From: Ptychomitrium polyphyllum
Lineage: Eukaryota
Length of the DNA: 64,000 nt
Reading direction: 5' to 3'
NCBI GenBank assembly: GCA_973851085.1
Contig: OZ316775.1
Coordinates: forward strand, 3,410,001-3,474,000
Below the pieces are notes generated by a model that worked only from the letters and a program-made list of their open reading frames with translations, was not told the DNA's origin and searched no databases. Below, piece after piece: positions 26,200 to 38,680 of the stretch. A program made the translations under genes and the position numbers. Position 1 is the stretch's first letter; every line of letters begins with the position of its first letter.

Positions 26200-28560
26200 A
26201 GGTAATCCCACAAACTCCAAGAAACAATGTAACAATAAGGCGTTAATGGCAACTGCTTCTCTTAGTTGTTTCTTTGCGCTGCTACTTTTAAGTGTTTTCA
26301 AATACAGAAGGTGACTTTGCAACTTAGTCAACTCAAAGTATGACCAAGTAAACTATTCTTCCTTCTCCCAAAAATCTTCTCCTATATAATAAATCCATTT
26401 TCCATTGGGTCATTACTAACAAACTACAATTTTTGCTTGAATCCAAGAACATCTTGGTTGCCTTACATTTAGACATTTAAGAATGGGTTCAAATTATTTA
26501 TTTTATTTGTATTGCAGCCATTGCGTGCTCTAATATGCTCAAACCGCTTGTGCTTGGTTCAAAAGGCCTTGTTGCCTATTCCTTTCTCTAGGTGAAACCT
26601 TCCTCAAAGCTTGTTGCATTACCAACCACAAAAAATAAGACTTCTACCACTTACTCTATTGTTCAAATCAATTTGGTTTGCTTTAACTTCTTCTTAGTGA
26701 TTTCATTATAAATGAAATCTGTGATCCATTCAACAAGGATTTGGCTAGAAGAACTCATATAATCATTCTAGGCCAATTTGATACATCTAATCTTTGTCCC
26801 AAATATAAGTTCAATTGGTGCATTTTGAAATAATTCAATTATTACACTTATCATCAATTAAGGTTTTTAGATATGGAAATTGGTTTTTAGTTTCTACTAT
26901 CTTTTGAAGTTTGTTTTTGCTTTGTTCTAGTATTATTAGGCTTGAATGGTATTCCACCTTTAATTGGGACTAAGGTGGTTACTACATTAAGAGGGGCCAC
27001 CTACTTGCTACATCTCTTTGCATATCATTAGTTGGTTGCTATCAATCTCAAAATTCAACAATTCAAATTCTATTGATTTTTTCTAATATAAGATAGTATT
27101 GAACTTTTGAATTCATTTATTGATCCTTTTAATATTAGATTTTGTCTCACAAAGATAATACACTCAAGTCTACACTGACCAAGTAGATTATAAGGATTGA
27201 GAAGATTTTCTAGACTCTTATGTTTTTTGAATCGTTTTCTTTTTTTAATCAAGAATAAGAGTTACAAGAATTAGGCATTTAAAAAAATAAATATTAGCCA
27301 TATTGTAAAAGAAATGGCTTAATAAATATACTCTTCACCTCATTTTTTGACGATCTATAGTTGTTATATGATTTGTATAGTTACAAACTTATTTAACAAG
27401 CTTAATTAAATGTTCTTCAGGAATCATGGCCTTATAATTTATAATTTATGCAAAATCAAATAATTTTTGGTACAACTTTAGTAATTACATTAGTAATACT
27501 GCCCATTTCTCACATGTTACCATTCAATGATCATTGTTCATTGCTTATCCCTCACACTTTAGCTTCTTTCATAATTTTAAAAGGCTTTTCTTTAAATTTT
27601 GCATTTATAGCTTTTCTAATTTACATTTTTCTCTATAGCTAAAGAAAAAAGCTCCTCATTTTAGTATCTTATAAATTAAAAATTTTTATTTTATTTTAAT
27701 GATATTAATTAAATATTTTGTAGAATTAATTTAAAACTTCAGATATAAACACCTTTTAAATGTATTTTATAGAATTTTATTTTTTCTTGATAAATAATTA
27801 GGATTATATACCAAAATAAGGTCCATTCACATTTCTTAAGTTTTCCAAGCATGTGAATATTTTAAAATTTTTATTAATAAAATATAATTAGGAATTCATA
27901 TGCTCAAACCATGTTTGGATTGCATTTTACTTTTGGTGGATATGTATTTGATAAAGATTGTGTTATAAGGACTTGCTAATATACAAGTTCTATTAAAGAT
28001 ATTCAAAAATTATTACCTTCAGATAAAAGCCCTGCACTATTTTAAAAATGCATAAATCATATTATTGGATAAAATTACAAAATTGCACAATCTTCAATTA
28101 CAAAAGAGTATAATATGTATTGCACTTTGATACAAAAATATCATTATTTTAAAAATAATTTCACCATTATAAATTAAATAATTTTTTATAATGGTGAATT
28201 TATTCTTAAGGCAATTTATGTATGACTGAAATTGATTAAACATGAAAATGAATGATAGTTGTTATTTGAAAACTTTATGTTTCAACCCTCAAAGGTAAAA
28301 CTACTATTATTAGCTTTATGCACTCCTTTTGCAAGCTTACATCTTAAACAAGTTAGAAGTCTTTTTAATTCACTTCTAGCGAGCAAAGAAAACTTTTATA
28401 TATTTCGTTACATTCTTTTCATTTGAATTTCTATTGCTTCTTTTTCAATCTTAATACAATTATGGATTTAATACAAAATGCCAAATTAATAACGTTCTAC
28501 TTTTGAAATTTTTTGTTTTAGTATAATCTAAAATATAACTTTTTAAGTTTATCAAAAAAA
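26200..28560. mobile_element. Degenerate AT-rich, probably retrotransposon-derived tract
   Basis: AT-rich and CG-depleted, with A-rich, stop-riddled pseudo-coding texture on the minus strand. I recognised no diagnostic domain. Confidence 0.3.
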
Positions 28561-28647
28561 AATGCAATTGGAAAATCCTAAGTCTCGCAAAGTCCAGCTT
28601 CTAGTTCTGAGTGCTTTTGAAGCATCACTAACAATTCCTTGTGCAAA

Positions 28648-28759
28648 ACCCCAAGTCTTTCGTTCTGTGTGAAGTACCCCAAGTCTTTCGTCCTGTGTGA
28701 AGTACCCCAAGTCTTTCGTCCTGTGTGAAGTACCCCAAGTCTTTTGTTCTGTGTGAAGT
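28648..28759. repeat. 28-bp minisatellite, 4 copies
   Basis: The unit accccaagtcttt(c/t)gt(t/c)ctgtgtgaagt is repeated head-to-tail four times without spacers. Confidence 0.95.
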
Positions 28760-29492
28760 GAGAGTTTGCTGCCTTGATTGTGTACAGGAGCCAGTAGACA
28801 TGCTGCAGCAATGGTATGTGGAAATCTCAATATCTGTTGTGGAGTACATGCTGGTGGGGAAATGCTTGTGAAGCCCAAATTACAAAGCAGATGTTATGGT
28901 CCAACCTGAGTTTGTCAATGCTCTTTTATCACTTGTCTACAGTAATTGGTTTGTGCATCGCTTTTTCTCCAATCTGCACACTGTTGATACTCATCTCTAC
29001 GCTTACTAGATGCTTTGAAGCTTGCGGTTGACTGGATCCAGTTCCTGTAAACATATCAATGCACCAGTATTAAATCATGATCGGTGGCAGTTTATATATG
29101 CGAGCCTGGTTGACGGAGAATTAATGCTCCTTGCAGCTGCTTGAGTTTTTCTTCACGCCGAGTATTAGTGACGTAACTTTTGTTTAAGCAGGTCAAACTG
29201 AACATAAGCCTTTGAACTTTGAAGCAGTGCTTGGAATCAATTCGGTTGATTTCAGCATCCTCTGCACGTTGGGGAGCTTACGTGCGCTTTTGATCTCAAA
29301 ACTTCCTCTGTTGCTCTTTGGGTAAGTTATGACAGCCTTTAAGAGTATATATTACATCTGAGGCATATCATTTTACTTCTAGGTGTCCAGAACTGCAACT
29401 ATGATTTGATATCAGTTTTCGACTTGAAGTGTCTCTGATCATTTTTATGGCTCTTTCTCTACTCCACATGCCGGCACGCCATGGGCTCCGAC

Positions 29493-30800
29493 ATGGATCC
29501 CAGACTGTGGGGTTGGGTCACAAGCGATATCCACGTTCAACTGTTGTCCTTCCTCACAGTCCCAATGTCGTGCATTTTCCGAACTGTGTGCAAACAATTA
29601 AAAGCTCTGGTCAGTCCAGAGCCTCGTGCATAAATAATGCGAATGCACAAGGATACATTCTAGGACGGGCGGCCAAGGTGCTTCACTTCCCGGACTAGAA
29701 GTTGCAGGTCAGCAAGCGCATCGGATGGAGGTTGCTGGACGTGCAAGCAAACAGGTGGTATTTCATCAAGCACGATGAGGGTGATTCCTACGATTCTTAC
29801 GAATCCCGAAGCCTGGCAGTGCATGGTGGACTTGCCTGCTCCAACTACTTGGACCCGAAGGCGCCCCTCAAGAATCACGTCAAGATGTGCGTGACGAAGC
29901 CCGTTGCCAAGGTCTGTTCACGGCTTCCACCGTCACCATTCGACCACCCGTTTCCCATTCGAACGGCCAGAAGAATGTCCTTTCTGATGAGCGTGGTGGT
30001 TGACCATGGTGAGCATCTCAAAAGATACAAGCTTTTATGGCTCTTTCTCTTCTCCACTGTGCTCTCCAGGAGGCTTTCTCAGATCCAAGCATCGTCGACT
30101 CCACCATCGGTTCATGATAACAGAGCTCCACCAACTTCGCAAGACAAACTGGGGTGTGCAACAGTACTAAGGTTATCACAGTGCGCTGCATCGTCTTCTT
30201 CCAAGGATCCCTGTTCACGCTGACAACACACCTTGCTCCACATGATGTCGATGGGTGCTGGCAGCTCTGCAGATTCAGTCCTGATGAAGATGCGTGGACC
30301 CACATCACCCGCACTAGGTTCAGTTTCCAGGTCACCAATGCCCTCCATCCTCAGCTAATAGTGAACGACAATCTGTTATTTCTGGTTTTATGGGTGATCA
30401 TATCGGACGTAAATTTGACTGCATTTGAGGTTGTCTAGATTCTGCTAGGCGTCGGAGGATGGAGATTCCTGGTTTAGATACCGGAGCGTCAAATGGAGGA
30501 GGCGTTTGAGACGAATTTTTTATGAGGAACAGGCTGCTTCAAGCAGTAGTCCAGCATGCCCCCTTTCAAGGTACTTGATCCAAGACAGCATTACCGATCA
30601 TTGATTTGCCGAATCCCCTTCCATCACTGCGTTGGAGTTAGAGAAAGTGATCATACTGATCGCTAGGAGATCTGGAGTTTCAAAAAAGTTCAACCTGGTC
30701 ACCTACTCGTTCGTTGAGAGCAGCCGTTTGCGCATGCACCCCTATGCTTGCACGAAGCATGGTATGCGCAGCCCATGAGCCTCATTTCTCACAAGCTTAA
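29493..30800 (+). pseudogene. Intronless F-box / kelch-like beta-propeller protein pseudogene
   Basis: ATG 29493 gives MDPRLWGWVTSDIHVQLLSFLTVPMSCIFRTVCKQLKALVSPE, an F-box-like pattern. It frameshifts into NAQGYILGRAAKVLHFPD*(29696-29698)KLQVSKRIGWRLLDVQANRWY...LAVHGGLAC...VTKPVAKVCSRLPP...RYKL, then shifts again into VDSTIGS**...VFFQGSLFTLT...LCRFSPDEDAWTHI...PQLIVNDNLLFLVLW...FEVV*...GWRFLV*IP. The 3' end is approximate. Confidence 0.75.
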
Positions 30801-32663
30801 TTTTCTCACTTACGAAAGAGCTGAGAGGTCGGACTTGTTACTCTCAGAGACAGTGATGATTAGTTTCCTGTGATCAGTATTGCAATCATTCAGGTCACTT
30901 CTGCTCAATGCCTAAGGTTTTATGGAGCCTATCTGTATACCGGAAGAAGGACATTCTCTGCTATTGAGATACTGCGAAAGAACTCCATGTCAGTACCTCG
31001 TAATGTTCACATAAGTTTTTACTGGGGCTAGGTCGTGGAAAACTAACTATTTTGCAGGGGTGGAGGAGTTGGTGATGTTTGTTATATCACCACGTAGGCA
31101 ATGTGACGTTTGCTTTGGCCATGAACAATTTCTTGTCCTTGCGGCGGAGCTTAACACTGTTGTTTGAAGGTCTGACATTACAAAAAGCTGGTGCAGATAT
31201 TGAGTAATGCACTAGGTTGAGAAATTCTGGAACCTCGCATTTGTTAGAACTTTTATACCTTAGTATATTACTAATAGTGTGTTGACTTCGATATCATGCT
31301 TGGCTGCTCTAGGATAGAAACTATGAACTGCATGAGTTCTGGGCTACTTACTGCTGCTGCACCAACAATTGTTTGAACTTTACTTGTCATTTTCATGTAG
31401 ATGTGATCAGATGAACCTCAGAGGCTTCATTTTGACTCTAGCACTTTCATGGCAGAAGCTCGCTACCGTCACGTTTGACGTGCATGAGTTTTTGAAAGTT
31501 GATTTCTAAGTGAATGTTCGTTACAAACTTGACTTCAGGTGTTGAGATAACATGAGCTGGTACGAGATGCTGTTCATGTTACGAACGATATGATTTTAAC
31601 ATCAAGAACGTAACACTTAAGTCAACGAAATACAGAAACTCGGGCATAGTTGCTTGAAGTGTGACTATACTTGTGGAATGTCAAGCACCATTTGCCATAA
31701 AACAGAGATAGACGTTGGCAAGCAAAACGCAAACAAGTAGAATAATTCTGCCTTGGATACACGTGCATACGTAAATTATTCTAAAGATAATGTTTAGATA
31801 GAACAAAATTATACTTCTAAAGTGAGAAAGAAAGAACCTAAGCCTAGAACTATACCACGAAGCAAGCAGGAAGATGCTGTTAAAACGAAGCAATAAATGT
31901 GTCGTTGTTGTCATGATTCAGGAACAAGTAATATAAGTTTGAGAAGTCCCAATACACGACTGAACACAATACAGCAAATTCATTAGTGAATTCCAGCTTT
32001 ATTTTATTTGAGAAGATACCAAGGAAGAAAAACTGGTGCCCACTTCCAGGCGTCTACATACACCCCTTCGTGATGCGTTAAAAGAAATTCAAAAAATGAC
32101 TACTTCCTCCGGCATGACCACCTTCCTCACACCCTGAGCCAAGAAGCCTGCAAATGAACTACTACGCAACATTGTCATTGAAATTCTGCCTCAAGTGAGA
32201 AGCTGATCGAAAATTCAGCGGGCTAGTTTACAATGTTGGATGTTTCACTTAAAACTTCTTGTGTACCTGCTGCAGGTCATCACTAAACCTCGCAGCAGAC
32301 CATCACTAAACCATCAAGAGATGGCCCAACCAACGTCGTTCCCCCTGCTCTCCATGAGCCTCCTGCACAAGCAAAAATCAAATACAAATCTGAAATCAAA
32401 TCTTCACATTCAGAAACCTTTAGTTGCCTTGAAGCATATTAACGTAGAGCTAATTCCAAGCCACGGCCTATGATAACACGCATATCTGAGAGACACATCT
32501 CAATCGGATTAAACTTGACATACACAAATGCATGAGATTTGAGTGATCTCACTGAAACTAAACAATCCCAGGACAGACATTTTACTTGAAAATTCAAAAG
32601 GTACGTGGAAAATGATTGTGAACCTTCTCAAAATCCATGTTGCAACAAGATCATAAGCTTCTC

Positions 32664-32972
32664 TTAATAACCTCCGGCAGGGGGAACTGCAGAGACTGGA
32701 GAAGGCTCAGAGGGAGTTGGAGTGTAAGGAGGGCTAGAGTAAACAGGGGATGGAGTAACAGGGGAAGGCTCGGAAGGAGCAGGAGTGTAGGGAGTCGAAG
32801 TGTAAGGTGTGGGCAGAGGGTCAGTAGAAGGTGGGGGAGGACATAAGCTTCCCAAGCCTGGGATCAAGCTGCCTAGATCAGGAATCATGAGCAAGGCTCT
32901 CGCCTCAGTTGTCGCAATGCACGTACAGCTCAGAAGAGCTGCCACAAGCACAAGCTGCCGAAATAAGGCCAT
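32664..32972 (-). CDS. Secreted Ser/Thr/Pro/Tyr-rich HRGP-like protein, 102 aa (paralog of 24507-25058)
   Basis: Signal peptide ending TEA-RA, then DLGSLIP...LCPPPP, a duplicated PYTP(A/T)PSEPSPV unit, SPVYSSPPY and the C-terminus PPAGGY. Confidence 0.85.
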   Translation of the reverse strand: MALFRQLVLVAALLSCTCIATTEARALLMIPDLGSLIPGLGSLCPPPPSTDPLPTPYTSTPYTPAPSEPSPVTPSPVYSSPPYTPTPSEPSPVSAVPPAGGY

Positions 32973-35900
32973 AGCTTGAGACTGCTGCTGTGAGGGGACG
33001 ATTGGAAGCTTGAGAGGCAGTTCATGGGGTCTTGGGGCTGTGTGTGTTCTGCAACGGTTGGGAGGAGGTAGATATAGGTAGAGGAAGTGGGTTGTCCAGG
33101 TGAAGGGAAGTAGGAGCAGTCGTGGGGGCCTTAATGAAGTGGCGCAGAGTGCAAGACGAACAATTAATGGTCATGATAATAAGAGTTTCCTCTCCATCTA
33201 AGAAGGAGCTGATAAATGACGTAATGGAATCAAGGGTTGGTGTTTTATTACTCTGGTGAACGTTCGGAAAAAATTAATTGAACTTGCAGGTGCAACCAGC
33301 CTGGAGCTTGGGATGTGAATAAGGAAGCTGGTCTTGTCGTTTTAGAGCTTGCTTGTTGTATGGAGCATGCTCATATTTGCAGCTGAATTGATCAAGTTGG
33401 TATTTCATGGGCCCAGTCTACCATCACTGTGGAAAACTGGAAATGGCACATTCAATCTTAGGTGATTGCAGAACTCATGGGTGCCACATTCTGACAATCA
33501 AGTGTGACATTTGTATAGTAGCTGTTGTGGAGAAAAATTTCACTACTCCTACAAAACTAGCTGCCCATGCAGTCTTGTTTCTCCCTGCTGATTGACCTAT
33601 TTTAACGAACATTTGCTGAAATGGATGACTCCAAATTTCCATAGTCTACCTGAAGTATGATGCCTACAAGGTGACTAAATTTCCACTTGTGAACATGTAA
33701 TGTGTAGCTTCAATTGGCTGCAACAATGCATTAGAAACCTCATATAGTACCCATGGATGTGAATGTTGCTAGTTATTGTGTAGATCTGTTGAAAATGCCA
33801 AGTAACCGCTCAGATGTGTCATCAAATAGGCAAGTAATTGCCAAAAAAGTGAGGTACCATAAACCTACTGATTAGTATAAACAAAACAATGTGGAGCTGG
33901 TGACTTGAGGAAAGATCTATATCAAAATATGGTACTAATTCAATATTAAAATAAATATATATTTATTTTGTTTGGCAGAGTGATTTTTCACTAATATTTT
34001 GAACTTCACCTATGTGGGGTTAAGCTGGGGGTGTGACAGAAACAGCCCATAGCTTGGTAGAAAAAGACAGTTAAGCAGGTGACCAGCTTACATCCTGCTG
34101 TAACACCATGTTGTCTTAAACTGACAATTTGGAGTGCAGAGAACTAAATGACGCAGTGACCAACCTGCTTCTATCCTTGAAAATATTTGGAATAGAGTTT
34201 TTTGTTGTCTACCATCTTTTAATGAGCCCACCACATTCATGCTGCACTAGCACATCAAGTTTTCTACTGGAAAACTGCTAGTAGATGCTCTCAGCAGTGC
34301 TTTTCATAACTTCATACCTGCTAGTTGAAATTTTTTAAGGGGCAGTTTAGGTAATCTAATTAAAATGAACTCAAAGTTAACAGATATGGCCTTCATTACT
34401 AACCAATAAAGATAGAGGGTGTAGCTTGTAAATGCATCCTTATAATCTTTTCAAAGAAATCATGATTCAGCACACTCATCAAGCTGACATTCAGACCCAG
34501 CTCTTATTACCTGTCAGGCCTATTGAAGTATAGAAGGTGCTCACTAAGTTAGCAATTGTTACAAGTAAGAACTCTTTGTGGGAACAGGCCTAGCAAAATT
34601 GTCATTATAATAGGTGTATTCCCTTTACAATGTTGATTCCAAAGAGTTTTGAATATGTGAGGCAACAATGCCCTGTGAATGACCTCAGGTGTGTCTAGGC
34701 AGGACTGGAGCAACTTGACTTCCTACCAGCATACTAGTACTCATTCTTAAAAAATGTGTCTCATAGTTTTGGCCATTGTTGGAAGGTACCACTTACAATA
34801 GGTCCATCTATGCATGTCTTTTAGGAGTGTGAATTAGCATTATGTGTGGCAAGTTCCAACAACATGCAACTGGTACATTAAATATTACATTCCTCGTAAC
34901 CAACCTACTATGAGAAGCTATAGATCATACATAAATTCAACTCCATTGTTCATCACTGAAAATGTGAATGCACCTTAGGACATCTGTATCAAATGAAAAT
35001 GGGCTTAAACTATGCTTAGGGTAAACTTCTTTTCATATTGTAATTTGATGTCCAACTTCTTGGGTCATTGTTGAAATGAAGCAAACAAATTGTGCAAGAG
35101 TTACATTGTAGTGGGATTTGCTGATAACATAATGAACAACACTTCTTGGTCATTGAGCAGTGTAAGCTGTAGCTTGGAGGTTGTTGACCTCACATAAAAT
35201 CCATTGCCCTCTTCTCTTGCATACAGGATTCATATGAAAGTATTGTGCAGCTTTCAGTATTTGTCTTTGCTACATTGATTGTGAGCACAGAATTGGGGTT
35301 GTTACATTAGTGTGCTTGAAAATCTAGTTTGAATAATACAGTATTAAAAGGTTATGATTAATTATTACAATCAAAAGGCAGCCACATGGAAAACATCTGT
35401 GTGCTCTGTTATCCTTGTCTAAGGTCTTAGATATGCAAAGAGCATACACTATAGATGTCAGAGTTGTGGACAGGATTTTCAGAAACATGGAAGCACCAAC
35501 TATCTACTACATTCCATAGCTTGTCATTGTTCCACACATAATACTGATACCTGCTTGCATTGCCTTTGTAAAAAGTAATTGTTGCAATCTATACAAAGTC
35601 AACGTCAAATTGGAGTCTGGTTATGTAACACTACAAATTACCTACAAAATCTAGTCAAAGTTGGTGCTGTGATCTGGGTCCATATGAAGAGAATAATGTG
35701 TCAAATTCAATAACTTGCAAGGTTTAAAGATCCACAATGCTTGGGTTGGCAGGAATGCATCCCCTGATTATGAGGTACATACGACACCAAGGAAGGTGCA
35801 GCTGCACTTCCAATCTTCAAAGAAAGACTAGGACAAGGTCTAGTAAGATTCTTGTGACATCCTGTTTTTGGAAAAGAAAACATGGGTCACTGTCAAAGAT

Positions 35901-37099
35901 GACACTTCACAGAAATAACACCACCTGGTTATATTCATCTTGATCTTCTCATTGTTAACAGTTGGAAGTACTGCTTCTACTCAACAAAGCCTGGTTTTCA
36001 AGGGTATGAACTTTGTATTTCCACGAAAATTCAAGTATCCAGTTTCCTGCCAAGTATGAATGATGATGCTTCAGGCAGAGGCAGCCTCAGATTTCATTAC
36101 AATTCTGCTGTCAAAGTTGATGCAAGTTTGAGCATGATGATCAGTAAATAAGATTTGACTCACATGACATGCTGAAACATGGCCCATCCACCTGCAGGTA
36201 GAGAGTAACACAGTGATGAGAAGTACTGGGTTGTTTGAAGAGAGCAAGCATGAGCCTTGCTATTGTGGTATGTGGTCACATTACGGTCCATCTTTAACTT
36301 GTTGTCATTTCTCTTTGAAGGAAAATTATGTCCACTGTTGAGGAAACTGAACATTCTTTTTCATTGTTGCATGGCTTGGTGGTAGGTATGTTGATGATAA
36401 ATGCATTGGTTAAGGAAACTCACATCTATGCATTCTTTGTAGAACTTGGTTAGACTGCAACAGTTCACTCCATCTGTTGGTCTCTACCAGTCCCACCCTT
36501 CCCTGTTCTCATGTCCTTCTAGAGCCTCTGTTAAAGCTACAAACTCTTGCATTGCAATGGCTAAAGCTATTACTCCTAAGCTAGCAAACGAGAAGTCCAG
36601 TGGTGAGCAACTGAGGAAGATGACAATGAGATGTAGCAAAGAACTAGTGAGAGAAATAGAGAGAACTTGTGGTGAAGGATGTAAGGACAAATCTTTTTAT
36701 TGCAAATGAGGCAGACCCCTGTCTGAAAAGCAGAATTAGAAGGTTAGAAATAGATGATAAAAGGTGGAGGTGGAGGCTGTGGAAGGAATAAGGTAAGTTG
36801 TGAACAAAGGTTCTGTTCACTAACCTGGGTTAGTTGGAAAGTGTTAAGTGTAGTTGGTTAGTAGTAGGGTATTCATAGTAGTGTCAAACAGGTTTGTTGT
36901 TGAAGTTGAAGGGGCTTTTCCTTTTGACCCCAAAATTCAATGGGAGACTGGTAGAGGTCCCTTATGTACCATGTGTGCTATTGCATTGACAATAACACAC
37001 ACTGCCGTAGTGGTATCACCACCTCTATATGAACAAAATTTTGATTGATCTAACAAAGGACTTCAATGATGAAATTCATGAATAGTGTTACCAACAATG

Positions 37100-38080
37100 A
37101 TACGTTGAATGTGATTGTGATATTAAATACCATTTCTAAAGCATTGAAGAGTACTTATTTGTACTATAGCGGAAAACATATTTTTTTATAAATTACATTG
37201 AAGAAAATTAAAAGAGATAAAATTGAAATAAAGAATATGAGCAAACTTTGTTCATTCTTAATTTAAGGATAATTAGGCCTTTGCCATTGTAGAAGCACAA
37301 ACAAGGTTTCATTTAGCTAGATGATAATGATGTTAAAAATTTGAAGCCATATTTGTGTTATGATAAGATCATCTTTTCATAAATTTGATAGATTCAAATT
37401 TTGCTATAGTATCCAATTTAAAAATAATAATGCAATGAAAATTTTAAATCTAGTTATTACAATGCAAATTATCTATAAAACAATGTCAATTATCTTGTTT
37501 TAAAATAAGTTTCACTTATTCCTCATTAACACTACATTTGCTTCATTCTTATAACCATATGTTAGCTTTTAAATATGTCTAGTATTAGAAATATAAGAGT
37601 CCATATGAAATCCTTCCTTTGAAAGATTCCATTATGATTTATTTAAAATATATAATATTAATAATTTTCATTCAATATCATGTACAAAGTTTTTCAATAA
37701 TTAATTAATAACAAAGTGAAAGGAATTTAAAAGTGGATATAACTTATCAATAGGTGTAGAAGGAGAATATGATGAATATGGACTTATTCCATGGTGGTTT
37801 TAAACGAAATTCATGTGATTACACATTGAAGTAATAATTTCTAGTTATTATTTGGATGTTTAATGAATTGACTTTTATTTTATGTTTACTTTACATAAAC
37901 GTTTTATTAAAATTCATAATTCATTTAAATCCAATATAAAAATTACGATTTAATTTGAAGTGGCTTTTAGACCTTGGTGTGTATCCATTATACAACACTA
38001 GATATCAACACTAGATATAGGCATGCTTACCTTACTGCTTGTAAGAGAAAGATAAATAGAAACTCTTGAGAAAATATTTA
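37100..38080. other. AT-rich degenerate intergenic tract
   Basis: Very low GC with no ORFs. It includes a 13-bp direct duplication caacactagatat at ~37993-38018. Confidence 0.35.
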
Positions 38081-38094
38081 AATACACGAACAGG

Positions 38095-38680
38095 ACGCAC
38101 ACCCTAATCCGTCGCTGTACCTTAAACCGACATCAGCTACACAAATCTGTATACATCACGAAGCATAGATGATGCCGGTTTAGGGTACAGTGACGGTTTT
38201 GGATGCACGTGGAGTGAGCAGTGGTGCCCGAGTGCTTCGAAACTGCGATGGACAAAGGCTTCGACGACCACAGGTTGAAGAACGGGCAGCACTGCGGTGG
38301 TGTGGAGTCAGCACATGGGCAACGGTAATGAAAGTCTGAATAGAGCTCTCGCACGCAGGCTGCTATACCAAGTCCTACGGAAGGCTGCTATGCCAAGTCC
38401 GACCGAAGGCTGCCGTGCCAAGTCCGACGGAAGGCTGCTGTGTCGAGTTCAAACGAGTCGACTTCCGCAGTTGCAGTGTTTGCTCGAGGCGACGCTGCGA
38501 GAATCAAACCCTACGGTTGCGACCTCGCTCATCACCGAGTGCTTCTCTCGGTACGCTCCTCTGTTCCGCACTGCGGCTGTGTGTTTCCGCCCTTCGATCG
38601 TTTCGGCATCACGGTCTCCTGGTCGTTTCTCGCCAGGCTCGTCCTCTGTCCTGTTTTTTCATTCCTTAGGGTTTCCTTAG
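38095..38680 (+). promoter_or_regulatory. CpG-rich promoter/first non-coding exon of the DmX-like gene with telo-box-like motifs
   Basis: CpG-rich island with accctaat (38101), tttagggt (~38179), aaacccta (~38506) and ttagggttt (38666). A donor-like agg|gtatga at ~38681 suggests a 5'UTR intron before the ATG at 39897. Confidence 0.5.
38354..38452. repeat. 25-bp GC-rich tandem repeat, ~4 copies, in the promoter/5' leader of the DmX-like gene
   Basis: cgcaggctgctataccaagtccta / cggaaggctgctatgccaagtccga / ccgaaggctgccgtgccaagtccga / cggaaggctgctgtgtcgagttcaa. Confidence 0.85.

Noticed and set aside
28648..28759. 28-bp repeats of CRISPR-like length
   Set aside because: The units are head-to-tail with no unique spacers, there are no cas genes, and the context is eukaryotic. 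It is a minisatellite, and the overlapping ORFs 28552-28878 are by-products.
30729..30850. Short hairpins (tgcgcatgc...gtatgcgca; ctgagag...ctctcag) as a miRNA precursor
   Set aside because: The stems are too short, and I recognised no conserved plant miRNA sequence.
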